The notes below the pieces were generated by a model. It had not been told where the DNA came from and did no database searches. It saw only the letters and a list, made by a program, of their open reading frames with translations. Below, piece by piece: positions 28,811 to 37,191 of a stretch of DNA of 64,000 bases. Made by a program: the position numbers and the translations under genes. The DNA is taken from assembly GCA_964372205.1 (NCBI GenBank), contig CAYJQB010000001.1:475949-539948 (forward strand), written 5' to 3'. Origin of the DNA: Candidatus Woesearchaeota archaeon. GTDB lineage: Archaea; Nanobdellota; Nanobdellia; Pacearchaeales; GW2011-AR1. Every line of letters begins with the position of its first letter. The stretch's first letter is position 1.

Positions 28811-29293
28811 ATGGAAAGAAAAGGGCAAGCAGCTATGGAGTTCTTGATGACCTATGGTTGGGCAATTCTAGCAGCAATCATTGCTATCGGAGTTCTAGCC
28901 TACTTTGGTGTCTTCAGCCCTGGTAAATTTATTACAGGAGCTGCAGTTGTCAATCCGCCATTCTACGCAAACGCTTGGAACATCCAGGCAGCGCATGATG
29001 ATCTTACAGGAAATCCTTCAGGTATAACACTTGAATTGAGAAATAATGGTGGTGAAGATTACAGTGTTTCAGCAATAACTGTTGATGGAACAGACCCATC
29101 AGTAGATTGTACTTGGACAGGTCCAGTGAGCGTTCCAGCAAGCGAAAGTGCAACATTCAATATAGATTGTTCACCAGGAGTCTTGACTGAAGGAAGCACT
29201 TACAAGGGTGACTTGACAATAACTTACACTAAGGGTGATAGTCTTGTTGTATTGACATCTACAGGAACAATAGCTGAGAAGATAACAGCTTAA
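28811..29293 (+). CDS. Major type IV pilin (archaeal class III signal)
   Basis: MERKG|QAAMEFLMTYGWAILAAIIAIGVLAYFG; own promoter and SD; T-rich tract downstream. Confidence 0.9.
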   Translation: MERKGQAAMEFLMTYGWAILAAIIAIGVLAYFGVFSPGKFITGAAVVNPPFYANAWNIQAAHDDLTGNPSGITLELRNNGGEDYSVSAITVDGTDPSVDCTWTGPVSVPASESATFNIDCSPGVLTEGSTYKGDLTITYTKGDSLVVLTSTGTIAEKITA

Positions 29294-29298
29294 AGTTA

Positions 29299-29335
29299 AT
29301 TTATTTTTTTACTATTTCTATTTTATTTTTATTTT
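29299..29335 (+). terminator. T-rich archaeal terminator-like tract
   Basis: Oligo-T runs directly after the pilin stop. Confidence 0.45.
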
Positions 29336-29355
29336 ACTCATCAGAAAAAACTAGA

Positions 29356-29473
29356 TTCAAATCCAGAAAATAATGATCGTGCTTCGGATTCCTGAATTTC
29401 GTAAGAAATTAAGGCCAACGAATCTTGATTCGTGCAGTGTTCAAATCCGTAGAATAATGATCGTGCCCGGATT
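29356..29473. repeat. Partial direct duplication of the tRNA-Ile 3' end and trailer (84-nt period) enclosing two hairpins
   Basis: TTCAAATCC at 29356 and 29440; AATAATGATCGTGC at 29369 and 29453. Confidence 0.8.
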
Positions 29474-29532
29474 TGAACCGGGGACCTCTGCCTTATCAGA
29501 GCAGCGCTCTAACCAGACTGAGCTACACGATC
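29458..29532 (-). tRNA. tRNA-Ile(GAU)
   Basis: GATCGTG...CACGATC acceptor stem, anticodon arm CTGCT-CT GAT AA-GGCAG, T-loop TTCAAAT; CCA not encoded. Confidence 0.96.
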
Positions 29533-29572
29533 TCTAATATCAAAAGAAAAAAGCTGTTTTTAAGTTTTTGGA

Positions 29573-30193
29573 CTAGTCAATTCCAAACTCTACGCTAACC
29601 CCTGTTTTAGAGACTCTCAATCCTTTCAAAGGGAGGTCTACAGGCAAGCTATTAACATAAACTTTGCTCTTTCCAATTGCTTTTACTTCATACCCATTCT
29701 CAAGCTTAGAAACGAAAATATCATCTGTTGATTGCACTCCAGATGCTCCCAATTCATAGACTACTCTATCACTTAATCTTCTCACATCAGCCTTAGCCTC
29801 TACTCTTGGAAGATTAGCCATTCTCTTTATCTGTTCTTCGGTTATCTCTTTTCTAACCTTGGTTTGAACAGGAGCTTTTTTTGGAACTTCAAACTTTATT
29901 TTTATACCCTTAGGAGTCTCGCTCTGAATTTTAGGATCTATATTTCCCATCTGTTTTTCAAGACTCTTCACAAGACTATTAAAAATAGAGTTTATCAGTT
30001 TGTCACTTATTCCAAGACCTCCAAATCCTCCCACAACTGGAGCTCCACCTATGAATTCATTCTTTCCTAAAGCTCCATAATTTCTCATATCCTCCTCAGG
30101 ATTCCTCAAATCTAATCCACAAAAAGGACAGAAATCAAAGCTTTCTTTTACCTTACTCTTACATTTAAGGCAGCGGCTTTTTTCTTTAAACAT
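29573..30193 (-). CDS. Zinc-ribbon protein with possible HSP20-like C-terminal domain
   Basis: CLKC...FCPFCG at the N-terminus; C-terminal beta-sandwich-like pattern. Confidence 0.7.
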   Translation of the reverse strand: MFKEKSRCLKCKSKVKESFDFCPFCGLDLRNPEEDMRNYGALGKNEFIGGAPVVGGFGGLGISDKLINSIFNSLVKSLEKQMGNIDPKIQSETPKGIKIKFEVPKKAPVQTKVRKEITEEQIKRMANLPRVEAKADVRRLSDRVVYELGASGVQSTDDIFVSKLENGYEVKAIGKSKVYVNSLPVDLPLKGLRVSKTGVSVEFGID

Positions 30194-30276
30194 CTTTTCT
30201 TATAAACAGACGCACTTTTAAAATTTACTATTCTTCATAAATGAAGTTTTATAAACTTCAGCTCCCAAAAACTATA

Positions 30277-30462
30277 ATGATTTACAAAATAGTCCTTTCT
30301 CTTATCGCCTTCTTAATGATAATCGAAGGAGCAATAGTTACTTTCAATCCAAAGTTCACGCAGTCAATCACAAAAAAGCTCCTGAAAAACAAGAACGCCT
30401 TCAGAGCAATTGGAATGATTGAACTGATAATTGGTTTATTGCTTCTCCTATTCGCTATATAG
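30277..30462 (+). CDS. Small membrane protein (DUF2065-like)
   Basis: LMIIEG...P...FRAIGMIELIIG pattern; start moved to 30277. Confidence 0.6.
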   Translation: MIYKIVLSLIAFLMIIEGAIVTFNPKFTQSITKKLLKNKNAFRAIGMIELIIGLLLLLFAI

Positions 30463-30463
30463 A

Positions 30464-30633
30464 TGCGCCGGCCGGGAATTGAACCCGGGTCGCCAGCTCT
30501 TTCCTACAGGCCACTTTGGACTCATACAACTCGTAAGAGTTGGATGGACCGAGAGCTTTGCTCTCATGGACCTAGAACCTTTTTCAAAGGTTGTAGTGGG
30601 AAGCTAGCATCATAACCACTAGACCACCGGCGC
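30464..30633 (-). tRNA. tRNA-Gly(CCC) with a 98-nt intron at 37/38 (intron 30499-30596)
   Basis: 5' exon GCGCCGGTGGTCTAGTGGTTATGATGCTAGCTTCCCA, 3' exon AGCTGGCGACCCGGGTTCAATTCCCGGCCGGCGCA; BHB with central UUCC:GGAA helix and CA^C / AG^A bulges. Confidence 0.93.
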
Positions 30634-30686
30634 TATGTTTATCCTCATCCATAAAGATTTTTATACCTTCTTAATTTTGCTTATTT

Positions 30687-32129
30687 ATGAAAAAAACATT
30701 TTATGTCACAACACCCATCTACTATCCAAATGACGTTCCCCACTTAGGACACGCTTACACAACTATAGCGGCAGATGTCCTTGCACGCTGGCATAAACTT
30801 CAGGGAGATGAAGTCTTCTTTCTGACAGGAACAGACGAACACGGCAAGAAACTTGCAACAACTGCAGAAAAAGCAGGAAAAAAACCTAAAGAATTCATCG
30901 ACGCATTAATACCAGAATTCAAATCAGCTTGGAAGAAACTCAACATAGAATACGACCGTTTTATAAGAACAACTGACAAAGATCATGAAAAAATAGTAAA
31001 GGAAGTTCTACAAAAATGCTTCGACAATGGCGACATTTACAAAGGAGAATATGAGGGATATTACTGCACAGCCTGTGAAGCATACTACACAGAAAAAGAT
31101 GCTCCGAATCTAATTTGTCCAATTCACGAAAAGCCATTAGAAAAATTAAAAGAAGAATCTTATTTCTTCAAGCTTTCAAAATATCAAAAATTTCTTCTAG
31201 ATCTTTACAAAAATAATCCAGAATTTATCTCTCCAAAAAACAGAAAGACTGAAATAACAAACAGAGTCAAAGAAGAACTTAGAGATTTCTCAATCTCAAG
31301 AACAAGTTTCGATTGGGGAATACCTCTTCCATTTGATAAAAAACACGTTACTTTCGTCTGGTTTGACGCTCTTCTAAACTATTACTCTGCGACTCAATCA
31401 TCGGAAAAATTGAAAAAATTCTGGCCTGCTGATGTTCACATAATTGGTAAAGACATAATTTGGTTTCACACAGTTTATTGGCCAGCAATGTTAAAATCTG
31501 CGGGGCTTCCGTTGCCAAAAAAAGTCTTTGCTCATGGTTGGTGGACAATCAACAGCAAGAAGATGGGCAAATCTGCAGGAAATGCTCTCAAAATAGATGA
31601 GCTTGTTGGAATAGCTGGAGTTGATTCAGTAAGATACTTCCTTCTTAGAGAAGCTTCATTCGGCGACGATGGTAACTTCTCGCGAGAGATGTTAGTAGAA
31701 CGCCACAACAACGAGCTTGCTAATAAATTAGGTAATCTAATAAGCAGAGTATCAACTCTTGCAGAAAAATATGGGCTGGAAGAAAAAAAGGGAGTTTCTC
31801 TTCTCTCTGATAAATTAAAAACTCAAATAAACAAGCATATGCAATCTCTTGAGTTTGACAAAGCCCTGCATGTGATAATAAGATTTGTAGATCAAACAAA
31901 TGAATATCTTCAAGAGAAAAAGCCCTGGGAAACAAAAGATTCCAAAGTTCTTTACGAAGCTGCAAACGCTATAAAGGATATTTCCATCTTACTCTGGCCA
32001 TTCATCCCTGAAACATGCGAAAAAATTGCGAAAACATTTGGATTCAAAATCTCATTAGAAGATTTAAGCAAACCATTAAAAATAATAAAAATTAAAAAAT
32101 CCGAGATACTCTTCAAAAAGATAGAATGA
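30687..32129 (+). CDS. metG: Methionyl-tRNA synthetase, catalytic subunit (bacterial MetRS1-like)
   Basis: YVTTPIYYPNDVPHLGHAY, FLTGTDEHG, CTAC...CPIH knuckle, VWFDALLNY, KMGKS. Confidence 0.95.
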   Translation: MKKTFYVTTPIYYPNDVPHLGHAYTTIAADVLARWHKLQGDEVFFLTGTDEHGKKLATTAEKAGKKPKEFIDALIPEFKSAWKKLNIEYDRFIRTTDKDHEKIVKEVLQKCFDNGDIYKGEYEGYYCTACEAYYTEKDAPNLICPIHEKPLEKLKEESYFFKLSKYQKFLLDLYKNNPEFISPKNRKTEITNRVKEELRDFSISRTSFDWGIPLPFDKKHVTFVWFDALLNYYSATQSSEKLKKFWPADVHIIGKDIIWFHTVYWPAMLKSAGLPLPKKVFAHGWWTINSKKMGKSAGNALKIDELVGIAGVDSVRYFLLREASFGDDGNFSREMLVERHNNELANKLGNLISRVSTLAEKYGLEEKKGVSLLSDKLKTQINKHMQSLEFDKALHVIIRFVDQTNEYLQEKKPWETKDSKVLYEAANAIKDISILLWPFIPETCEKIAKTFGFKISLEDLSKPLKIIKIKKSEILFKKIE

Positions 32130-32464
32130 CAGACACAATCCCCTACACAGATTTTGCAAAGCTTGATTTAAGAGTGGGAGAAATAGTAAAAGTTGAAAAT
32201 CATCCAAACGCAGACAAACTCTACGTTCTGATAGTAGACTTAGGAGAAGAAAAAGACAGAATTATTGTAGCAGGTTTAAAAGCGCATTATAAACCAGAAG
32301 AGCTTGAAGGAAAAAAAGCGATATTCGTAGCAAACCTTGAACCCGCAAACCTTAGAGGAATAGAAAGTCAGGGAATGATTCTTGCGGCTGCATCAGAAGG
32401 CGATGAGATAGTCTGTATTTTAGAACCTGAAAAAGACGTTGAAGTTGGAAGCAAAATCAGATAG
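32126..32464 (+). CDS. Stand-alone MetRS C-terminal tRNA-binding OB domain (Trbp111-like)
   Basis: DFAKLDLRVGEI...HPNADKL...NLEPANLRGIESQGMILAA; ATGA-coupled to metG. Confidence 0.93.
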   Translation: MTDTIPYTDFAKLDLRVGEIVKVENHPNADKLYVLIVDLGEEKDRIIVAGLKAHYKPEELEGKKAIFVANLEPANLRGIESQGMILAAASEGDEIVCILEPEKDVEVGSKIR

Positions 32465-32660
32465 TCTTATAATAAAATCCATCTCTCCAAACGGTTCTAT
32501 GTCTTCTATCAAAATCAGCAGCTTCAGCCTGAACGACAGCGTCTAAATCAACCCTATCCAAATAACCCTTATACCCAAAACCTCTTGTAGAAATATCAAC
32601 TTGACGAGTAACATCTTCAGAATCTTCATTCCTTAGCTGTCCTTTTTCGTCAAAATTCAT
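32457..32660 (-). CDS. Hypothetical protein
   Basis: ATGA overlap with the minD stop. Confidence 0.45.
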   Translation of the reverse strand: MNFDEKGQLRNEDSEDVTRQVDISTRGFGYKGYLDRVDLDAVVQAEAADFDRRHRTVWRDGFYYKTI

Positions 32661-33409
32661 CTTCTTGAAAACATCCTCATAAACCTTGAAGGCTCTTTAT
32701 AGTCCATATTTGCGATTTTAGCAGCAATCTTTCTATAAGCTACTGAAGCTTTTGAGTTTGGATGAGAGTTTGTTATAGCATCTTTTCCAACCAAAGCTGA
32801 CTGAATATTTCTATCTTCAGGAACAACACCCAAAACAGGCAAGTCAAGCATATCCCTTATGTTTTCAATGGACATCTCTGTCTTTATGCCTCTTACTCTT
32901 GTTATAACCACCCCACGAACTTCCTTTCCGAGATCCTCAGCTAACTTAATGGTTTTTAGAGCATCTGTGACAGCTGGAATCTCAGGATTTGTAACAATAA
33001 CAAGCTCATCAGCAGCTCCAATACTTGCTACAGCTTCATCTCCCAATCCTGCAGCAGAATCATATATTACAAAATCACTTACTCTCTTCAAAGACTTAGC
33101 AACTTCATTCAGTTTTGAATAGTTTAGTCTCTTCAACTCCTTTACAGACAACGAACTTGGAATTATTTTAGTTCCAGACTCATGTTCATATATTGCATCA
33201 GAAATTTTAGCCTTTCCAAGAAGAACATGATTAAGACTTACAGGAACAATAGGTGCTCCAAGATGCAATCCAATATTAGGAGTAGTTAAATTAGCATCGA
33301 CAACTATAACATTCTTTCCGAATTTGCTTAAAGCAGATCCTAAATTTATGGCAGTAGTTGTTTTTCCAACTCCCCCTTTGCCTGAAATAACTGTGATAAC
33401 TTTAGACAT
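32657..33409 (-). CDS. minD: Archaeal MinD-family ATPase
   Basis: SGKGGVGKTT, VVDANLTTPN, VTNPEIPAVTDA; amphipathic C-terminal tail; start moved to MSKVIT. Confidence 0.92.
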   Translation of the reverse strand: MSKVITVISGKGGVGKTTTAINLGSALSKFGKNVIVVDANLTTPNIGLHLGAPIVPVSLNHVLLGKAKISDAIYEHESGTKIIPSSLSVKELKRLNYSKLNEVAKSLKRVSDFVIYDSAAGLGDEAVASIGAADELVIVTNPEIPAVTDALKTIKLAEDLGKEVRGVVITRVRGIKTEMSIENIRDMLDLPVLGVVPEDRNIQSALVGKDAITNSHPNSKASVAYRKIAAKIANMDYKEPSRFMRMFSRR

Positions 33410-33441
33410 TTTTTGCCCATTGACCGTCAAGTAAAATAGAA

Positions 33442-33867
33442 TTATTTGAGATAGCTTATAAACCTTTCTAACAAATCCGAATATTCTTTTAATTTATCCA
33501 AGTTCACATTAACAGTTTGATCTTTGTAGCTTACTTTTAAGTTTACACCTTTCCTAAATTCATTTTCTCTAACTTTGTTCAAACTCTCGATATCCCTAAA
33601 GAATTCATACAACTCAAGAGTTTTTGCTACAACTTCTTCATTTGCATATAACTTCTTTAATTGAATAAGTTTAGCTCTTGGAGCATCAGGAACTGGCTTC
33701 CATTTCTTCCTTTTTTTAGAATCTACAACTAAAGAATCCATAGCCATCTCTATCATAACCTTCCATCTCAAGAGCAGATTTATTATAACATCGCAAGTTT
33801 TTGTATATTTCAGGCTAACGTATAACAGGTGGTCTGCGCTAATTTTCTCCTTGATAATCTCATCCAT
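33442..33867 (-). CDS. Conserved hypothetical protein
   Basis: ADHLLYVSLKYTKTCDVI motif; start moved to MDEIIK. Confidence 0.7.
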   Translation of the reverse strand: MDEIIKEKISADHLLYVSLKYTKTCDVIINLLLRWKVMIEMAMDSLVVDSKKRKKWKPVPDAPRAKLIQLKKLYANEEVVAKTLELYEFFRDIESLNKVRENEFRKGVNLKVSYKDQTVNVNLDKLKEYSDLLERFISYLK

Positions 33868-33970
33868 CCCCACAACTATCACCCCAAGACGTAGACACTA
33901 AAAGTCCCCCGAACTATATATACCTTTCTAAAGATTCGCTTAAAAATTGCTGTTAGTATTCCAGAGTGAA

Positions 33971-34300
33971 CTAACTTAGCCGAACTATTGCCTCTGCTAT
34001 GTCCTTTGTCTCCTCAAGAGCTCTTTTAACGTCTGACTCTGATTTCCCTGTCTTTTCCATAACAAGTTTTATATCCTCCTCAGAAAAGCCAGCCTCGTCT
34101 TCCCTTGCCTCTCCAGAAATCTGCCACATCTCATTTCCCTGCATATTCACCTTCAGAACAGAGGGATTTTCTATAACTATATTACCAGAATCTCTTTCAA
34201 TAACTACTCTATTGGCGTCAATTTCTTCCTGATTTATCCCCATCTGCTTCATCAAAGAAGCCATCTTCTTAGGGTTCATTCCTCCAAGTCCTGGTATCAT
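33971..34300 (-). CDS. nac: Nascent polypeptide-associated complex protein
   Basis: GMNPKKMASLMKQMGI, IENPSV, EEDIKLVMEKTG, DIAEAI; start moved to MIPGLG. Confidence 0.93.
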   Translation of the reverse strand: MIPGLGGMNPKKMASLMKQMGINQEEIDANRVVIERDSGNIVIENPSVLKVNMQGNEMWQISGEAREDEAGFSEEDIKLVMEKTGKSESDVKRALEETKDIAEAIVRLS

Positions 34301-34350
34301 ATCCAGAATTGAAAGCAAGATTATTTATATCTTTCCAACTCAATCCCTTC

Positions 34351-34785
34351 ATGGACAATCCCTTTCCAAAAGTCGGAATAGGTGTAATGCTTCTAAAGGA
34401 AAATAAAATTCTCTTAGGAAAAAGAAATGACAACCCAGAAAAGGCCTCCTCAGAGCTAAAAGGAGAAGGAACTTGGACAATGCCTGGAGGAAAAATCCAT
34501 TTTGGAGAAAAGTGGCAAGACGCAGCAGAGAGAGAAGTAAAAGAAGAAACTGGAATAGTGATAAACAAAGAAAGACTTTCTATAATTAGAGTAAACAATG
34601 ATATCATCCCAAACAAACACTTCGTTACAATCTGTATACAAAGCAAAGACTTTCAAGGTGAAGCACAAGTATTGGAGCCTGAAGAGATTACAGAATGGGG
34701 ATGGTTTGAACTCTCAAATCTTCCATCTAATATCTACGTTCCCAGCAAGAAAGCCATTGATGAATTCCTGAAAAGTCAAAATTAA
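34351..34785 (+). CDS. NUDIX hydrolase
   Basis: PGGKIHFGEKWQDAAEREVKEETG; start moved to MDNPFP. Confidence 0.9.
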   Translation: MDNPFPKVGIGVMLLKENKILLGKRNDNPEKASSELKGEGTWTMPGGKIHFGEKWQDAAEREVKEETGIVINKERLSIIRVNNDIIPNKHFVTICIQSKDFQGEAQVLEPEEITEWGWFELSNLPSNIYVPSKKAIDEFLKSQN

Positions 34786-34976
34786 ATCTTATTCCCGCAT
34801 TCAGGACAAAACTTCTCGTCTCCACTTAAAACAAAAGAACATGCAGAACACCTCTTTGGTTCAACTTTCCTTTCAATCACAGTCTTATACCCTTTCTTCC
34901 CAGAAATCAAAGCTGCGAATGCGTCATGCACATCCGGATTATCCATCTGGTCTCTTAAATCTCTGCAACTCCCCAT
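34782..34976 (-). CDS. Small zinc-ribbon protein
   Basis: CSAC...FCPECG; SD AGGAGG upstream. Confidence 0.75.
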   Translation of the reverse strand: MGSCRDLRDQMDNPDVHDAFAALISGKKGYKTVIERKVEPKRCSACSFVLSGDEKFCPECGNKI

Positions 34977-34996
34977 AACCTCTTTTTTTCCTCCTT

Positions 34997-35164
34997 TTAT
35001 CCGCTCACGGGTAAGAAAATCCTCAGTGCAAAAACAATCAACACCATTATAGCCAAAAAGACAATAACTGCCTTAGGAGAAATCATAAACCTACTGCTAT
35101 ACTCTTCATCATACCTCATCAACCCGCCAAAAACACCGGGCATCTGTATCTTTTGTTCAGCCAT
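34997..35164 (-). CDS. secG: Preprotein translocase subunit Sec61-beta (missed by the ORF track, 55 aa)
   Basis: Manual translation MAEQKIQMPGVFGGLMRYDEEYSSRFMISPKAVIVFLAIMVLIVFALRIFLPVSG; GL.RY.E...I.P plus TM is the Sec61-beta signature. Confidence 0.92.
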   Translation of the reverse strand: MAEQKIQMPGVFGGLMRYDEEYSSRFMISPKAVIVFLAIMVLIVFALRIFLPVSG

Positions 35165-35194
35165 AAAAAATCTTAGAGAAAGCAGTATAAAAAT

Positions 35195-35791
35195 TTATTG
35201 TTCCCCATAAATATCCAAGAATTCATTCAACAAAACAGGTAAATCCTTAATCCCGTCATCTTCTGTGAAGTGACCTTTATCATGTTCAGTTATTATTTTA
35301 GCTCCAAGTAGCTCTCTGAAAATATCTCTATCACTCAAAGGAACATAATAATCATTATCAGAGAATATTGCCACATAATGCTTGCTCATTTTCTTCACCT
35401 TTTCAAAATCTATTGGTGTTTCCATCCAAGGCTTTGCTATCTCTATAACTTCTTCTCCCTCTTCCCGTATAGTCTCTTCATCCAAATGCATCCAAGGAGC
35501 AACAAAAACAGCCCCTCCGATTTTACTGCTCTCATCTAAGATTTGCAAATATCTCAAGATTGTCTGACATCCAACACTATGCCCAACAAAATAAGTCTCT
35601 TCGTCAACCTGACCAACTATTTCATTCAATTTGCCAACCCAAGAATTAATTTCGGGCTCTTCAGAATTAGGCATTTCCGGAACTTCAACCTTAAATCCTC
35701 TAGATTCAAGTTCATCTCTCAACCAGAGATACCAGCCATGCTCTGGTTTTCCATCCCATCCATGAATAATAAAAACACGCTTACCTGCCAC
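35195..35791 (-). CDS. RBBP9/YdeN-family alpha/beta hydrolase
   Basis: IIHGW, VGHSVGC, SDNDYYVP, GHFT; probable GTG start at 35791. Confidence 0.9.
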   Translation of the reverse strand: MAGKRVFIIHGWDGKPEHGWYLWLRDELESRGFKVEVPEMPNSEEPEINSWVGKLNEIVGQVDEETYFVGHSVGCQTILRYLQILDESSKIGGAVFVAPWMHLDEETIREEGEEVIEIAKPWMETPIDFEKVKKMSKHYVAIFSDNDYYVPLSDRDIFRELLGAKIITEHDKGHFTEDDGIKDLPVLLNEFLDIYGEQ

Positions 35792-35831
35792 AATTTTCTT
35801 AAAATTCCAAGACTTATAAATTTTTAGAAAG

Positions 35832-36206
35832 TTAATTGATAGGCTCAGCAAAACATCTTTGAGTTAAATTATAAGGCTGTAAATGAGTTCTAAAAACTCC
35901 AGGAGTCTGTGTTTTGAACCATTTTTCAATATCTTCATCCATCCCCATGCGATAAAATTTTCTAGTTGGATACTCCATCATTAAAGAACACACAAGAGCT
36001 ATCCCACTGCTATCAAATTTCTTTACTCCAGAAAAATCAAAAATTACAGGAATGTCAGGTTTAGAGTTTATTCCTCTGTATATTTCTCCCGAAACAGACT
36101 TCCTCCCATTGCTCAGGTCTTCAGGAAGGTTTACCACATATTCCGATTTTAATTCAGTTACAATCCGGTTTTCTTCCAAACCTCGTCTTCTGAAAAACCA
36201 CCTCAT
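35832..36206 (-). CDS. STAS-domain-like protein
   Basis: VIFDFSGVKKFDSSGIALV matches the STAS/anti-anti-sigma motif. Confidence 0.6.
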   Translation of the reverse strand: MRWFFRRRGLEENRIVTELKSEYVVNLPEDLSNGRKSVSGEIYRGINSKPDIPVIFDFSGVKKFDSSGIALVCSLMMEYPTRKFYRMGMDEDIEKWFKTQTPGVFRTHLQPYNLTQRCFAEPIN

Positions 36207-36208
36207 GT

Positions 36209-36826
36209 CTACAATTCGTCTAGTTTTCTTAAAAACCTTTCTTTATCCTTTCCAGGAACATCCTTTCCCCAAAGAACAAATACTCTATTAACTTTCCCCC
36301 ACAATCTCTTAGGCACTATCTTCTCCAATTCTTTCTCTGTTTGTGCAGGAGTTTTAGTTTTCACAAATCCAAAAACATTAGAGATTCTATGAACGTGGGT
36401 GTCCACACAAATCCCCTGCTTATTATGCACCTCCCATAGAACAAGGTTAGCAGTTTTTCTTCCAACTCCCGGTATTTTAACCAGCTCATCAACACTATCA
36501 GGAAGTTTCTCATCAAACTCTTCAACAATAAACTTAGAGGCAGCAATTACATTCTTTGCCTTCGTCCTATTATAATTCAAACTCCTAAATATCTTCAGTA
36601 CATCTCCTTCTCTTGCATTAGATAAACTTTCCAGACTTTTATATTTTCTAAAAAGCTCTTCAGCAATTGGAATGGTAGTCTCATCTCGCGACTGTGCAGA
36701 CATTATAGTTACAATTAGAATCTGCCAGTCTTTCTCCCATCCTTCTGCAGCAAGTCTCTTATCACTTTTTCCATATCTCTTCTCTGCCTTCTTAAAAATC
36801 TCTAAAAAATATTGTTTCTTATCCAT
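36209..36826 (-). CDS. nth: Endonuclease III (HhH-GPD), without the Fe-S cluster motif
   Basis: IMSAQSRD, LVKIPGVGRKTANLV, VDTHVHRIS; start moved to MDKKQ. Confidence 0.92.
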   Translation of the reverse strand: MDKKQYFLEIFKKAEKRYGKSDKRLAAEGWEKDWQILIVTIMSAQSRDETTIPIAEELFRKYKSLESLSNAREGDVLKIFRSLNYNRTKAKNVIAASKFIVEEFDEKLPDSVDELVKIPGVGRKTANLVLWEVHNKQGICVDTHVHRISNVFGFVKTKTPAQTEKELEKIVPKRLWGKVNRVFVLWGKDVPGKDKERFLRKLDEL

Positions 36827-36876
36827 ATATAACAAATAACAACTAAACTTAAAAGTTCTTCTCTCTAAAAAAAGAC

Positions 36877-37167
36877 ATGACTAATGAAATAAAACACTAT
36901 CGCCCTGCAGATTCTGAAGTCGATTTATGGGACAGAATGGATAGAAGAAGTCCCACTGGTGGAAGAATAGTCTGTCTAAAAAAATTACCCCATGGCGCTA
37001 AATATAGAGTAGACAGAGTAACAGAGGTAACAATAGATAAGTCTCAAGAAGACTGCCCATTAAGCATCCAACATTACAATCCTGTTGTAACAGAAAGAAC
37101 AAGAGGGTATCTAGAAGAAGTTCTTAGGGTAAAGCTTGTTGAAGCCCCTGGCCCCCAAAACCCTTAA
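36877..37167 (+). CDS. Hypothetical protein
   Basis: 96-aa ORF with an upstream TATA-like element. Confidence 0.55.
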   Translation: MTNEIKHYRPADSEVDLWDRMDRRSPTGGRIVCLKKLPHGAKYRVDRVTEVTIDKSQEDCPLSIQHYNPVVTERTRGYLEEVLRVKLVEAPGPQNP

Positions 37168-37191
37168 AACCCCTATCTCCTTAAATTTCCA

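Noticed and set aside
19124..29293. Archaellum operon
   Set aside because: No archaellin signature or ArlF/G-like genes; two platform genes and a VWA protein indicate an adhesive Tad-like pilus.
30499..30596. C/D box guide RNA in the tRNA-Gly intron
   Set aside because: No RUGAUGA or CUGA boxes on the transcribed strand.
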